A DNA stretch of 43,767 nt from Bacteroidales bacterium (GTDB lineage: Bacteria; Bacteroidota; Bacteroidia; Bacteroidales; UBA932). Both the position numbers and the translations under genes were made by a program. The DNA lies in contig JABUTT010000067.1 in NCBI GenBank assembly GCA_021443515.1, forward strand, positions 1-43,767. The letters are read 5' to 3'. Numbering within the stretch: the stretch's first letter is position 1; each line of letters begins with the position of its first letter. The notes beneath the pieces were generated by a model, which saw nothing but the letters and a program-made list of their open reading frames with translations, was not told the DNA's origin and made no database searches. Below, piece by piece: positions 10,309-19,424 of the stretch.

Positions 10309-11400
10309 CTATTCTATGGTTGGACGATGGCGATCCTTTGGTTCCCAAGGTTTTTCTTCCGGTTCAATCATCTTGCCGGCATCCAATGCCTTGTATTCTT
10401 CACGGCTCTTGTAGATATCCACTGCCGCGTAAATTGCGCTTCTCATACTGTATGGACTGGCCTCGTCGCGACCTGCCATATCGTAGGCAGTACCATGGTC
10501 CGGAGAAGTTCTGATTATCGGCAGACCGGCTGTAAAGTTGACTCCCTCGTCGAAGGCAAGAACCTTGAAAGGAATAAGTCCCTGGTCGTGATACATTGCA
10601 AGAACTGCGTCAAACTTATGATAACTGCCGAGGCCGAAGAAGCCGTCCGGAGAATATGGGCCGTATGCGTGAATACCCTCTGCAATCGCCTCTCTAACTG
10701 CAGGTATGATAATATCCTGTTCCTCCTTGCCGAGAAGCCCGCCATCACCGCAGTGAGGATTGAGACCGAGAACAGCAATACGAGGAGACGATATTCTGAA
10801 ATCTTGTTTGAGAGTCTGGTTGAGGATACGAAGCTTACCCACTATTCTTTCTGTTGTGATTGTCGAAGCAACCTTGGCCACAGGAATATGGTCGGTGACC
10901 ACGCCTATCTTGATTACGGACGAAACCATAACCATAAGCACCTCACTTGCTCCGAATTTCGACTGAAGATAGTCCGTGTGGCCACTGAAAGGGAAGCCCG
11001 CCTCCGACATTGCGTGTTTATTGAAAGGAGCGGTCACAAGCACATCTATCTTACCTGCGTGAAGGTCCTCCACAGCTTTTTCAAGACAGATAAGCGAACC
11101 CTTGGCGCTTTCGAGCGTTGATATACCCGGTTCCACGCTCACATTCTCATCCAGGCAGTTAATAATATTCACTCTCTTCGGATGAGCCTCAGACGGATCT
11201 TTTATGTTGTTGGTATTGATTACTTCAAGTTCGTGAAGCTGATTTTTGTAGAAACCGAATATCTTGGAAGAACCATACACGATAGGTGTGCAGCAATCAA
11301 AAACCCTCTCATCACTGAGAGCCTTTATTATGACTTCGTAGCTGATACCATTGGCATCGCCTTGAGAAATTCCTACTTTTAGTTTATTGTTTGATGACAT
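10309..11400 (-). CDS. pdxA: 4-hydroxythreonine-4-phosphate dehydrogenase
   Basis: GDANGISYE, TAPFNK, GHTDYL, LNPHCGD, AMYHDQG, RTSPDHGTAYD; start taken at MSSNNK. Confidence 0.94.
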   Translation of the reverse strand: MSSNNKLKVGISQGDANGISYEVIIKALSDERVFDCCTPIVYGSSKIFGFYKNQLHELEVINTNNIKDPSEAHPKRVNIINCLDENVSVEPGISTLESAKGSLICLEKAVEDLHAGKIDVLVTAPFNKHAMSEAGFPFSGHTDYLQSKFGASEVLMVMVSSVIKIGVVTDHIPVAKVASTITTERIVGKLRILNQTLKQDFRISSPRIAVLGLNPHCGDGGLLGKEEQDIIIPAVREAIAEGIHAYGPYSPDGFFGLGSYHKFDAVLAMYHDQGLIPFKVLAFDEGVNFTAGLPIIRTSPDHGTAYDMAGRDEASPYSMRSAIYAAVDIYKSREEYKALDAGKMIEPEEKPWEPKDRHRPTIE

Positions 11401-11440
11401 AATTTTCTTGTTTTTTGCTTGATAAAGCAACACTGAAATA

Positions 11441-11478
11441 CAAAAATAGTCAAATTCCGTTAAAAAACACTAATTTTG
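11441..11478. promoter_or_regulatory. Back-to-back -7 boxes for the pdxA operon and recG
   Basis: Minus strand TATTTTTG (11441-11448); plus strand TAATTTTG (11471-11478). Confidence 0.65.
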
Positions 11479-11502
11479 CATTGTTTATTTACTGCGTTCC
11501 CT

Positions 11503-13683
11503 ATGGACAGGCAAGTTCCCGAAATAATGTATCTCAAGGGTGTGGGACCGAAAAGGGCGGAAGTTCTCAAAAAGGAACTCGGAGTCGAATCGGTTTTGGA
11601 TCTTGTTCAAATATACCCTTTCAGATACATTGACCGCAGTAATTTCATAAAAATAAAGGACATCTCCTCCTCCAACTCCTACATCCAGGTGAAAGCCTCA
11701 GTTCAGGGCATAGAACTCTTCGGCGACAAGGGAGCGATATTCACCCAAGTCTTTAATTCGGACAGTCCGATGATTTCTCCTGTGCCCGGCGATTTCAAGT
11801 GGCACACAGTAAAGAGAATGAGGGTAATGATTGCGGACGAGACAGGCTCCTTCGAGACGGTTTTCTTCAAAGGAATCAAGTGGACCTATCTCAAACTGAG
11901 TCGTGGAGGAGAATTCATATTCTTCGGCAAGCCAACCATCTTCGGAGGCTCCTACAATATGGTTCATCCTGATGTGGAACAGTCAAATAACAGTTCCACG
12001 GAAGGAGAAGGCAAAATGGTGGGTATATATCCAAGCACCGAAAGACTTAAAAACGCAGGCATAACAAACAATGTCTTCGGAAAGATTATGACAGCGGCGT
12101 GGGAGCAGATTTCCCCTCTCATTCAGGAAACTCTCCCGGAGTATATCCTGAAAGATATCGGGTTGATGGGTCTCAAGGCTGCCCTTTTCAATATACATTT
12201 CCCTAAAAATCCCTCAATCGCAGACTCGGCAGCCTACAGATTGAAGTTTGAGGAACTTTTCTTCCTTCAATTAAGCCTCCTGAAGCAGAAATATGTCAAT
12301 ACAAGACTTTCCGAGGGCATTGTTCTGAATCGCGTGGGAGACGGTTTCAACAAATGCTATAACTCCCTTCCATACTCCCTGACAGGCGCACAGAAAAGGG
12401 TAATCAAAGAAATCCGCGAGGATTTGATGAGCGGAAAGCAGATGAACAGACTGCTTCAGGGAGATGTCGGCAGCGGGAAGACAATGGTGGCAGTTCTCAG
12501 CAGCCTGCTTGCCATAGACAGTGGTTATCAGGCCTGCATAATGGCTCCCACCGAGGTTCTCGCCCAGCAACACTATCGCAACATCTGCAAATATCTCGCT
12601 CCGACAGGCATACGTGCAGCCCTTCTCACCGGCTCATCCAAAACAAAAGAGCGCCGAGAAATCCACGAAGGTCTTGAAAACGGAAGTATCGGAATTATCG
12701 TGGGTACACACGCGCTGATTGAGGATAATGTGATTTTCAAGAATCTGGCTCTCGCAATCATAGATGAGCAGCATCGCTTCGGAGTTAATCAAAGAAGCAA
12801 ACTCTGGGCTAAAGGCGCTGACGGGATGGCTCCGCACATACTTGTAATGACGGCCACACCTATTCCGAGGACTCTTGCAATGACGCTTTACGGTGACCTC
12901 GACGTTTCTGTGATAGACGAAATGCCCCCGGGACGACAACCTGTGCAGACCATACACGCAACCGAGACAAAGCGTACTGCAATGTTCAACTTTCTCAAAG
13001 ACCAGATTCGCAGCGGAAGACAGGTTTTCATTGTCTATCCCCTGATATATGAGAGCGAAACCCTGGATTTGCAGAATCTGGAAGCAGGTTATGATGTCAT
13101 CACCCAAAACTTCCCGTGGCCCGAATTTTCCACAGGCATTGTTCACGGAAAAATGACAAATGAGGACAAGAACCGAAATATGGAAGCCTTCGCAAAAGGA
13201 CATACAAACATTCTCGTCGCAACCAGTGTGATTGAGGTGGGAGTGGATGTGCCAAATGCCAGCGTTATGGTGATTGAAAGTGCTGAAAGGTTCGGTCTTG
13301 CCCAACTCCACCAGTTAAGAGGGCGTGTGGGACGAGGCAGTGCAAAAAGTTACTGTATCCTTATGAGCGGGGTGAAACTTTCAACGGATGCAAGGAAGAA
13401 ACTCGAAATAATGTGCAAGACGGAAAACGGATTCATAATTGCGGAGGAGGATATGAAACTCAGAGGTCCGGGCGACCTTGAAGGCACAGCCCAGAGCGGA
13501 CTTCCGGTGGAACTTAAAATTGCCTCGCTTGCAAAAGACGGAGATATTCTCTCGAGAGCAAGAACCTACGCCGAGAGAATTCTCAATGCAGACCCCACCC
13601 TTTCGGCCTCTGTGAACCTTGGACTCGCGCAAGAACTTCGCAAAGACAAATATAACGTAAGAAATTACAGTAAAATAAGTTAA
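11503..13683 (+). CDS. recG: ATP-dependent DNA helicase RecG
   Basis: YLKGVGPKRA, LLQGDVGSGKT, DEQHRFG, MTATPIPRTL, QLHQLRGRVGRG; ATG 11503 lies downstream of the promoter. Confidence 0.97.
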   Translation: MDRQVPEIMYLKGVGPKRAEVLKKELGVESVLDLVQIYPFRYIDRSNFIKIKDISSSNSYIQVKASVQGIELFGDKGAIFTQVFNSDSPMISPVPGDFKWHTVKRMRVMIADETGSFETVFFKGIKWTYLKLSRGGEFIFFGKPTIFGGSYNMVHPDVEQSNNSSTEGEGKMVGIYPSTERLKNAGITNNVFGKIMTAAWEQISPLIQETLPEYILKDIGLMGLKAALFNIHFPKNPSIADSAAYRLKFEELFFLQLSLLKQKYVNTRLSEGIVLNRVGDGFNKCYNSLPYSLTGAQKRVIKEIREDLMSGKQMNRLLQGDVGSGKTMVAVLSSLLAIDSGYQACIMAPTEVLAQQHYRNICKYLAPTGIRAALLTGSSKTKERREIHEGLENGSIGIIVGTHALIEDNVIFKNLALAIIDEQHRFGVNQRSKLWAKGADGMAPHILVMTATPIPRTLAMTLYGDLDVSVIDEMPPGRQPVQTIHATETKRTAMFNFLKDQIRSGRQVFIVYPLIYESETLDLQNLEAGYDVITQNFPWPEFSTGIVHGKMTNEDKNRNMEAFAKGHTNILVATSVIEVGVDVPNASVMVIESAERFGLAQLHQLRGRVGRGSAKSYCILMSGVKLSTDARKKLEIMCKTENGFIIAEEDMKLRGPGDLEGTAQSGLPVELKIASLAKDGDILSRARTYAERILNADPTLSASVNLGLAQELRKDKYNVRNYSKIS

Positions 13684-13690
13684 AAACAAT

Positions 13691-15859
13691 ATGCGTAAAA
13701 TCCTTTTGGCAGCTGCACTCTTGACAGCCATTTCCTGTAACATGACTAAAGACAAAAACTACATCGCACCTTCATCCCAGACACCTTCAGGCGTTCTTAC
13801 TGAGGATATTCTACTCCAACTTGGAAGACTCGGAGACCCACAAATTTCTCCAGATAGTACAAAAATTCTCTACGGAGTATCTTATACCTGCATAGAACAG
13901 AACCGCTCCTGCAGAAACCTTTTCACTCTCGAAATGGCCACCGGAGATAAAAAGCAGATTTCTTTTGAAGGGAAGAGCATTGCTAACGCAAGATGGTTCG
14001 AAGATGGCATAATCTACCTTCAGGGAGGACAGATCAAGTGGGCTCCACTCTCGAGAAAAGGCCTGCTCAACACTAAAAAGGCAGTAACAATAAGCAATGT
14101 TCCGGAAGGAGTTGAAGAGTTCTCGATAAGCCCCGACCACTCAAAACTTATGTATATTTCAAGGGTAAAGAGCCACGTTGACACTCCAAAGGATGTATAT
14201 GCAGACCTTCCTCTTGCAAAGGCCTACTCGACCGAAGACCTGATGTATCGTCATTGGGACCATTTCGTGGAACAGATTCCGCATACCTTCGTTTCAGCTT
14301 TCGAGATTGCCGAAAATTCAGTGACTGAGGAGTCTTCAACGGACATTCTCTCTGAGGAGGAAAAATTCTATGAACTTCCTTACGAACCATTCGGAGGCCT
14401 GGAGCAACTCTGTTGGAGTCCCGACAGCAAAAGCATAGCCTATTCCTGCAAGAAAAAGATGGGTCGCGACTATGCCTTCTCAACAAACACTGAGATTTTT
14501 CTCTATGACATTGAGTCAGCCTCAACACGCAACATATCCAAGGGTGGCGGTTATGACACCTGTCCTGTATTCTCTCCTGACGGAAACAGCCTCATTTATC
14601 TAAGTATGAGAAGGGATGGTTATGAAGCCGACCAGGTTCGACTCATCCTCGTGAATATGACCGATTCCTCTAAAAAAGACCTTACTGCCGACTTTGACTA
14701 TAATGTAAACAGCGCAATATGGACTGCTGACGGGGAGAACATCATTTTCAGTTCGCTCAAGGATGGCCTTCAGGGCATATTCTCCTGCAATGTGGCAAGC
14801 GGAGAGATCATAAGACTCACAAAAGATGACCTCTGGTACGATTTCGAAACTCCTTTCTTCGTGGAAGGTAACAACCTCTACACCACTTATTGCAGTATGA
14901 GTTTCCCTGCCGAAATCTGCAAATATGATGTGGAAACGGGAGAGATTGTAAATCTTTCAAAAGAGAACGACCACCTGCTCTCGGGCCTGAAAGATGTCAC
15001 ATACGAGCAGTGGTATCTCAAGACTGTGGATGACAAGGATATGCTCACCTGGGTAGTCTTCCCTCCTGAGTTTGACACCGTAAACAAATATCCTTCGATA
15101 GTAATTCTTCTCGGAGGGCCACAGGGAACGCTTTCACAAGGATGGAGTTACCGGTGGAACTATCGCCTTATGGCTTCTCACGGCTATGTGGTAGTTCTTC
15201 CTAACAGGAGAGGCACAACTGCTTTCGGTCAGGAATGGTGCGAGCAGATTTCGGGTGACTATCCGGGCCTCAACATGCAGGATTATCTTACCGCCGCGCG
15301 CGAAATCAAACAGCAGAACTACATCGGCAAGGTGGCGGGCTGTGGTGCAAGTTACGGCGGCTATTCGGTATTCAATCTTGCGGGCACTCACGAGGATGTG
15401 TTTGACTGTTTCATTGCCCACGCAGGCATATTCAATCAGGAGCAGATGTATATGACTACCGAAGAAATGTGGTTCCCGAACTTCGACAACGGAGGGCTTG
15501 CCGAATTCCGAAAGGACAGCAAGGCAACCATAGGTCCTAAGGGGGACGGACGCACTTTCGGAGGCATACGTCAGGGAGGAAGTCCTTGGTCAAACAAGCC
15601 TGAAGCTGTACGCCACTATGCAAACTCTCCTCACAAGAAGGTCACAAAATGGCATACTCCTATTCTCGTAATTCACGGAGGTTCAGACTACAGGGTTCCG
15701 GTAGAGCAGGGTATGGCAGCCTTCAACGCAGCCCAAATGATGGGAGTCGAAAGCAAACTCATTATCTTCCCTGAAGAGAATCACTGGATATTGAAACCTC
15801 AAAATGCCCTATATTGGCATCGCGAATACTTTGACTGGCTCGACAAACACTGCAAGTAA
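13691..15859 (+). CDS. S9 family serine peptidase (DPP5-like dipeptidyl peptidase), lipoprotein
   Basis: Lipobox AISC; beta-propeller WSPD/FSPDG repeats; catalytic GASYGG, DYRV, ENHW. Confidence 0.9.
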   Translation: MRKILLAAALLTAISCNMTKDKNYIAPSSQTPSGVLTEDILLQLGRLGDPQISPDSTKILYGVSYTCIEQNRSCRNLFTLEMATGDKKQISFEGKSIANARWFEDGIIYLQGGQIKWAPLSRKGLLNTKKAVTISNVPEGVEEFSISPDHSKLMYISRVKSHVDTPKDVYADLPLAKAYSTEDLMYRHWDHFVEQIPHTFVSAFEIAENSVTEESSTDILSEEEKFYELPYEPFGGLEQLCWSPDSKSIAYSCKKKMGRDYAFSTNTEIFLYDIESASTRNISKGGGYDTCPVFSPDGNSLIYLSMRRDGYEADQVRLILVNMTDSSKKDLTADFDYNVNSAIWTADGENIIFSSLKDGLQGIFSCNVASGEIIRLTKDDLWYDFETPFFVEGNNLYTTYCSMSFPAEICKYDVETGEIVNLSKENDHLLSGLKDVTYEQWYLKTVDDKDMLTWVVFPPEFDTVNKYPSIVILLGGPQGTLSQGWSYRWNYRLMASHGYVVVLPNRRGTTAFGQEWCEQISGDYPGLNMQDYLTAAREIKQQNYIGKVAGCGASYGGYSVFNLAGTHEDVFDCFIAHAGIFNQEQMYMTTEEMWFPNFDNGGLAEFRKDSKATIGPKGDGRTFGGIRQGGSPWSNKPEAVRHYANSPHKKVTKWHTPILVIHGGSDYRVPVEQGMAAFNAAQMMGVESKLIIFPEENHWILKPQNALYWHREYFDWLDKHCK

Positions 15860-15861
15860 AT

Positions 15862-15893
15862 AAAAAAGCATACAGCCTGCGTGACTGTATGCT
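15862..15893 (-). terminator. Intrinsic terminator ending the long minus-strand run
   Basis: AGCATACAG...CTGTATGCT stem (11 bp on the minus strand with one GU pair), followed by U6 on the minus strand. Confidence 0.75.
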
Positions 15894-15917
15894 ATAATTA
15901 TTTGCCTCTGTGACGAA

Positions 15918-17018
15918 TTATTTTATGCCATAGCGACGGAAGATTTTGAGAAGAGGTTTGCGAATGCTCTCTGCCCAAAGCAAGTAACCGCCTGAATCAG
16001 GATGCACGCCATCTGCCGATGTCTCGTGATTAGGGAGTGTGGCATTTGATTTCACATAGTAAACATCCTTGTATTTTTTGCAGGCAATTCTCATAAGGCT
16101 GTCTGCCATCTGTTCTTTTGCCGCCTCCTGTGCCTCCTTTGAAGGAATGAAGTTGCGATATTCCCTGTAAATACTGCTTATGAAGATGAGAGGCACACCA
16201 GGATGCGCCTGCTGCAGACCTTCGATGAATGGGAAAAGACGAGCCTCGATAGTCTCTGCAAGAGGATTTGAGAATGCGTCGAACACAAAAGCCTCAGCAT
16301 CGACATCCTTGAGAGCAGCAAGGAACTGCGGCTGCATCTCACAGTCTCCACTTACGGCAAGACTGTTGAATTGAAGACCTGTGGCGCGGGTAAGGAAGCC
16401 CGGAACTGTGGCACCTGCCCTGATAGACGACACTCCGTGCATATAACTTGATCCGTGAATGCAGATATTGTGACGGAATGGAGGGTCAATAGGCTCTATC
16501 ACACTGCCTTCCTGAACGCCGATTTTAATTGATTTCTCCCAACTGTAGATAGGGAAATACACGAGACATTCGTGCATTGTGCCGTCCATCTTGTCGATAA
16601 GTTTAAGGTTAGGGCTTTCGTCAGCTGAAGCGGGAGCATAGACATCGTAGGCCCAAAGCCATTCTCCGTCCTTCTTTATGTAGAGGTCATAGCCACGATA
16701 GGCCCAGGCAGGTTTGCCCGAATTGTCGGCCTTGTAGAATTCCGTCTTTACAGTGATGATAGGGCTGTCTGTGCGGAAACAAACCGCCATACCTGTGGAC
16801 ATCTTGAGCAGGCGTATATCCTTAGAAGTCCAGCCTCCATACTTGTTGAAATCAATTCTCTGATATGGCTCGGGAGTGTTTGGGAACACCTTGCCGATAA
16901 TGGTGAGATCCTTTGCCTCGGTAAATTTGATGCCCTCGTCGCTGCAATGACGGTCGGTCTGACCAAAAGCAGTAAAGCCAAGAGAAAGAGAAATAAGAAT
17001 GGTTACAATCTTTTTCAT
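15918..17018 (-). CDS. Secreted SGNH/GDSL hydrolase with N-terminal GxDLY domain
   Basis: Signal peptide; GYDLY motif; block I HGSSY; block V DGVHP intact. Confidence 0.85.
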   Translation of the reverse strand: MKKIVTILISLSLGFTAFGQTDRHCSDEGIKFTEAKDLTIIGKVFPNTPEPYQRIDFNKYGGWTSKDIRLLKMSTGMAVCFRTDSPIITVKTEFYKADNSGKPAWAYRGYDLYIKKDGEWLWAYDVYAPASADESPNLKLIDKMDGTMHECLVYFPIYSWEKSIKIGVQEGSVIEPIDPPFRHNICIHGSSYMHGVSSIRAGATVPGFLTRATGLQFNSLAVSGDCEMQPQFLAALKDVDAEAFVFDAFSNPLAETIEARLFPFIEGLQQAHPGVPLIFISSIYREYRNFIPSKEAQEAAKEQMADSLMRIACKKYKDVYYVKSNATLPNHETSADGVHPDSGGYLLWAESIRKPLLKIFRRYGIK

Positions 17019-17025
17019 AAGGATG

Positions 17026-18078
17026 TTATTTCTTGAGAACTGATGCTATGGTAGATTCAATGGTATTTCCACGAAGGTCACGCTTGAAAATTGTTCCATC
17101 CGGAGCAAAGAGAATAATCTGAGGAATGCCCTCAATTCCGTATTTCTCGGTAGGAGTCCTGTCGTCACCCACGAAAATCTGGTCGTACTTGATACCGAGT
17201 TGCTCTATTGCCTTGTCAGTTTCAGGACGCTGATCCCAAACAGGAACGCCGAGCACAACTATCTGTGAACCATATTTTTCGTGAACCTTTATAAGGTTAG
17301 GAATTTCCCTGCGGCAAGGACCACACCAGGAAGCCCAGAAATCCACGAGGACATATTTGCCTTGACCCACATAATCTGAAAGGGAGATGAAGTTTCCTGC
17401 CGCATCCTGTCCGCTGAAATCCACGAACATCTTGCCTTCTGAGGTCAATTCAGTGGCATTGAAGAACTCGATTTTATCAACTACGAGCGGATCTGTGAGA
17501 ATGAGTTCTCCGGCGCCCTCGAGGAAGGCATTGAGCTGGGCAGAATCTTCAATGTTATAGTACATTTCACGGAAGATGTAACTGCCTACAGGATTGTTGT
17601 TGTTATTCTTGAAAGCCTCATTGAAATACTCAACAAGTTCTGCATTGTACTGGTCGCTGAGTGCCTGCAACTGCTCGTCTGTTGTGATATTTTCGAGAAG
17701 GGCACCATATTTCGTGTTAGTGGCATTTTCCCAGGCAATGACTTCCTGAAGAGCCCCATTTAGAGGACCTGACCCCTCAAAGAAGTCGGTCGAGTCAAGG
17801 TTTACCAAGATCTTTCCTTCCTCAGGGATGATGTAGCAGGTGTTGGGAACACGGCGCCCTGCAATAAGACGCACCTGACAGAGAGTTTGGTTTGAAGCAG
17901 GTCCCGAGAAGGTGAACTTGCCTTCTTTTACGATGCAGGTGTCAGCCTGACCGGTAATCACATTCTGAAGGAGAACCTTGTCTCCATCGTGGTCTGAGAC
18001 TATTCCTTCAACAACATACTTTGGCCCGCAGGAAAATGCAAGCGCAGAAGCAAGAATTAGAATTGCAAACTTTTTCAT
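17026..18078 (-). CDS. TlpA-type disulfide reductase lipoprotein (DUF4369-like + thioredoxin domain)
   Basis: Lipobox AFSC; VLVDFWASWCGPC; YGIEGIP cis-Pro loop. Confidence 0.9.
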   Translation of the reverse strand: MKKFAILILASALAFSCGPKYVVEGIVSDHDGDKVLLQNVITGQADTCIVKEGKFTFSGPASNQTLCQVRLIAGRRVPNTCYIIPEEGKILVNLDSTDFFEGSGPLNGALQEVIAWENATNTKYGALLENITTDEQLQALSDQYNAELVEYFNEAFKNNNNNPVGSYIFREMYYNIEDSAQLNAFLEGAGELILTDPLVVDKIEFFNATELTSEGKMFVDFSGQDAAGNFISLSDYVGQGKYVLVDFWASWCGPCRREIPNLIKVHEKYGSQIVVLGVPVWDQRPETDKAIEQLGIKYDQIFVGDDRTPTEKYGIEGIPQIILFAPDGTIFKRDLRGNTIESTIASVLKK

Positions 18079-19424
18079 CTTGTATAATTTAGATATTCAC
18101 GTTTTTTAAGAGCATAGGCTATGAGGGCGTCACACCTTTCCGAATCGATTTTCTGGAGCATGAGTTGGGCTTCGAGAAGTTCTGCCGTGGTTGCATAGCC
18201 TGCATTGTACTTGGAAAGCACATTGCGGTAATTTGCCTCAACATCTTCAATGACCTCATTCTTAAGTTCAAGGTCTCTCCACGCCTTCAGAAGTTCGTTC
18301 CACACCTTTAGCGTTTGTAAAGATAAGAGTTTTTCCGTATCCGATAATGTATTTTGCGCCTTTTGAATGGCTATATTGGATTTTTTAATTCTGTGAGAGT
18401 TCTCCCACCAGGCAGTGATAGGCACCTTAACGACGAAGAACGCAATGGCATTATGGTCGTTCCTCTCAAGCAGATTTATATAGGCAAAGCTTCCTCCAAC
18501 GGCAACAGTAGGCAGGGCAGCGCCCGTAGTCATTCTCTTCTGGAGAGTCTGTGCCTTGACATTTAGATTGAGAAGTTGTGTCTCCGGTCGGCTATTCACA
18601 GCCTGTTCCTCCGAAACATAAAGGTCGTAAGGAGGCTCAGGAGAAAGCAGCAAGGTGTCGGATAGAGTCAGAGATGGATCATAGTCTATGCCCGTGATCC
18701 TGCAAAGAGCCTGCATGGCAAGAGCAATTCCGTCATCGAGAGATTCGAGATTTGAGGACATCTCTTTGCGGCGAACCTTTACCTTCAAAGCATCAGAAGA
18801 AGTCGCAACACCCGCCTTTACTGCAGTGCTGACGCACCTTTCAACAGTGTCTATGAGCGCGAGGGCAGACACTACCGTCTGCCTCTTAGACTGAAGCGAA
18901 TTTACGAGAAAATAACTCTCTTCCACCTCAAGAAGAAGGTCTCTGCGGGCCATTACTTCCTTAAGTTCGGCTGCTTCTATACCCACCTTTGACAAGGCAT
19001 TGCCTGCGACTATCTGACCTCCGGCGAACACCGGCTGAACGGCAGACACACCTACAATCGCACCCTTTTCTATAGCCGTAAAGTTCTTCGGCAGGTTCAA
19101 GGTCTGGCCTTCGTTGTACCAAAGATTGTAGATTTCGTTGCGAAGCCCCGCATCCTTGATGTCGCTTATTCCGTAGCGGATAATGGGATTCATAGCCATA
19201 AAACCGAAAGACATTAGATTTACCTGAGGGAAGTACTTCGAAAAGGCTATCATCCTGTCGTTTCGTGCAGATTCGGTGTCAAGTCTTGCGTTTTCCACGG
19301 ACACACTTGAAGAAAGGGCTCTGTCTATGCACTCTTCAAGCGACAGTGTCTTCTCGGGAGCATATTGTCCGAAAGAAGAAATGCAGACAAGTAAAGCTAT
19401 AATTATTGTAACTATCCTATTCAT
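18075..19424 (-). CDS. TolC family outer membrane efflux protein
   Basis: Signal peptide, LSLEECIDRAL, QPVFAGG, duplicated helical halves, ELLEAQ; adjacent to RND and MFP genes. Confidence 0.9.
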   Translation of the reverse strand: MNRIVTIIIALLVCISSFGQYAPEKTLSLEECIDRALSSSVSVENARLDTESARNDRMIAFSKYFPQVNLMSFGFMAMNPIIRYGISDIKDAGLRNEIYNLWYNEGQTLNLPKNFTAIEKGAIVGVSAVQPVFAGGQIVAGNALSKVGIEAAELKEVMARRDLLLEVEESYFLVNSLQSKRQTVVSALALIDTVERCVSTAVKAGVATSSDALKVKVRRKEMSSNLESLDDGIALAMQALCRITGIDYDPSLTLSDTLLLSPEPPYDLYVSEEQAVNSRPETQLLNLNVKAQTLQKRMTTGAALPTVAVGGSFAYINLLERNDHNAIAFFVVKVPITAWWENSHRIKKSNIAIQKAQNTLSDTEKLLSLQTLKVWNELLKAWRDLELKNEVIEDVEANYRNVLSKYNAGYATTAELLEAQLMLQKIDSERCDALIAYALKKREYLNYTR

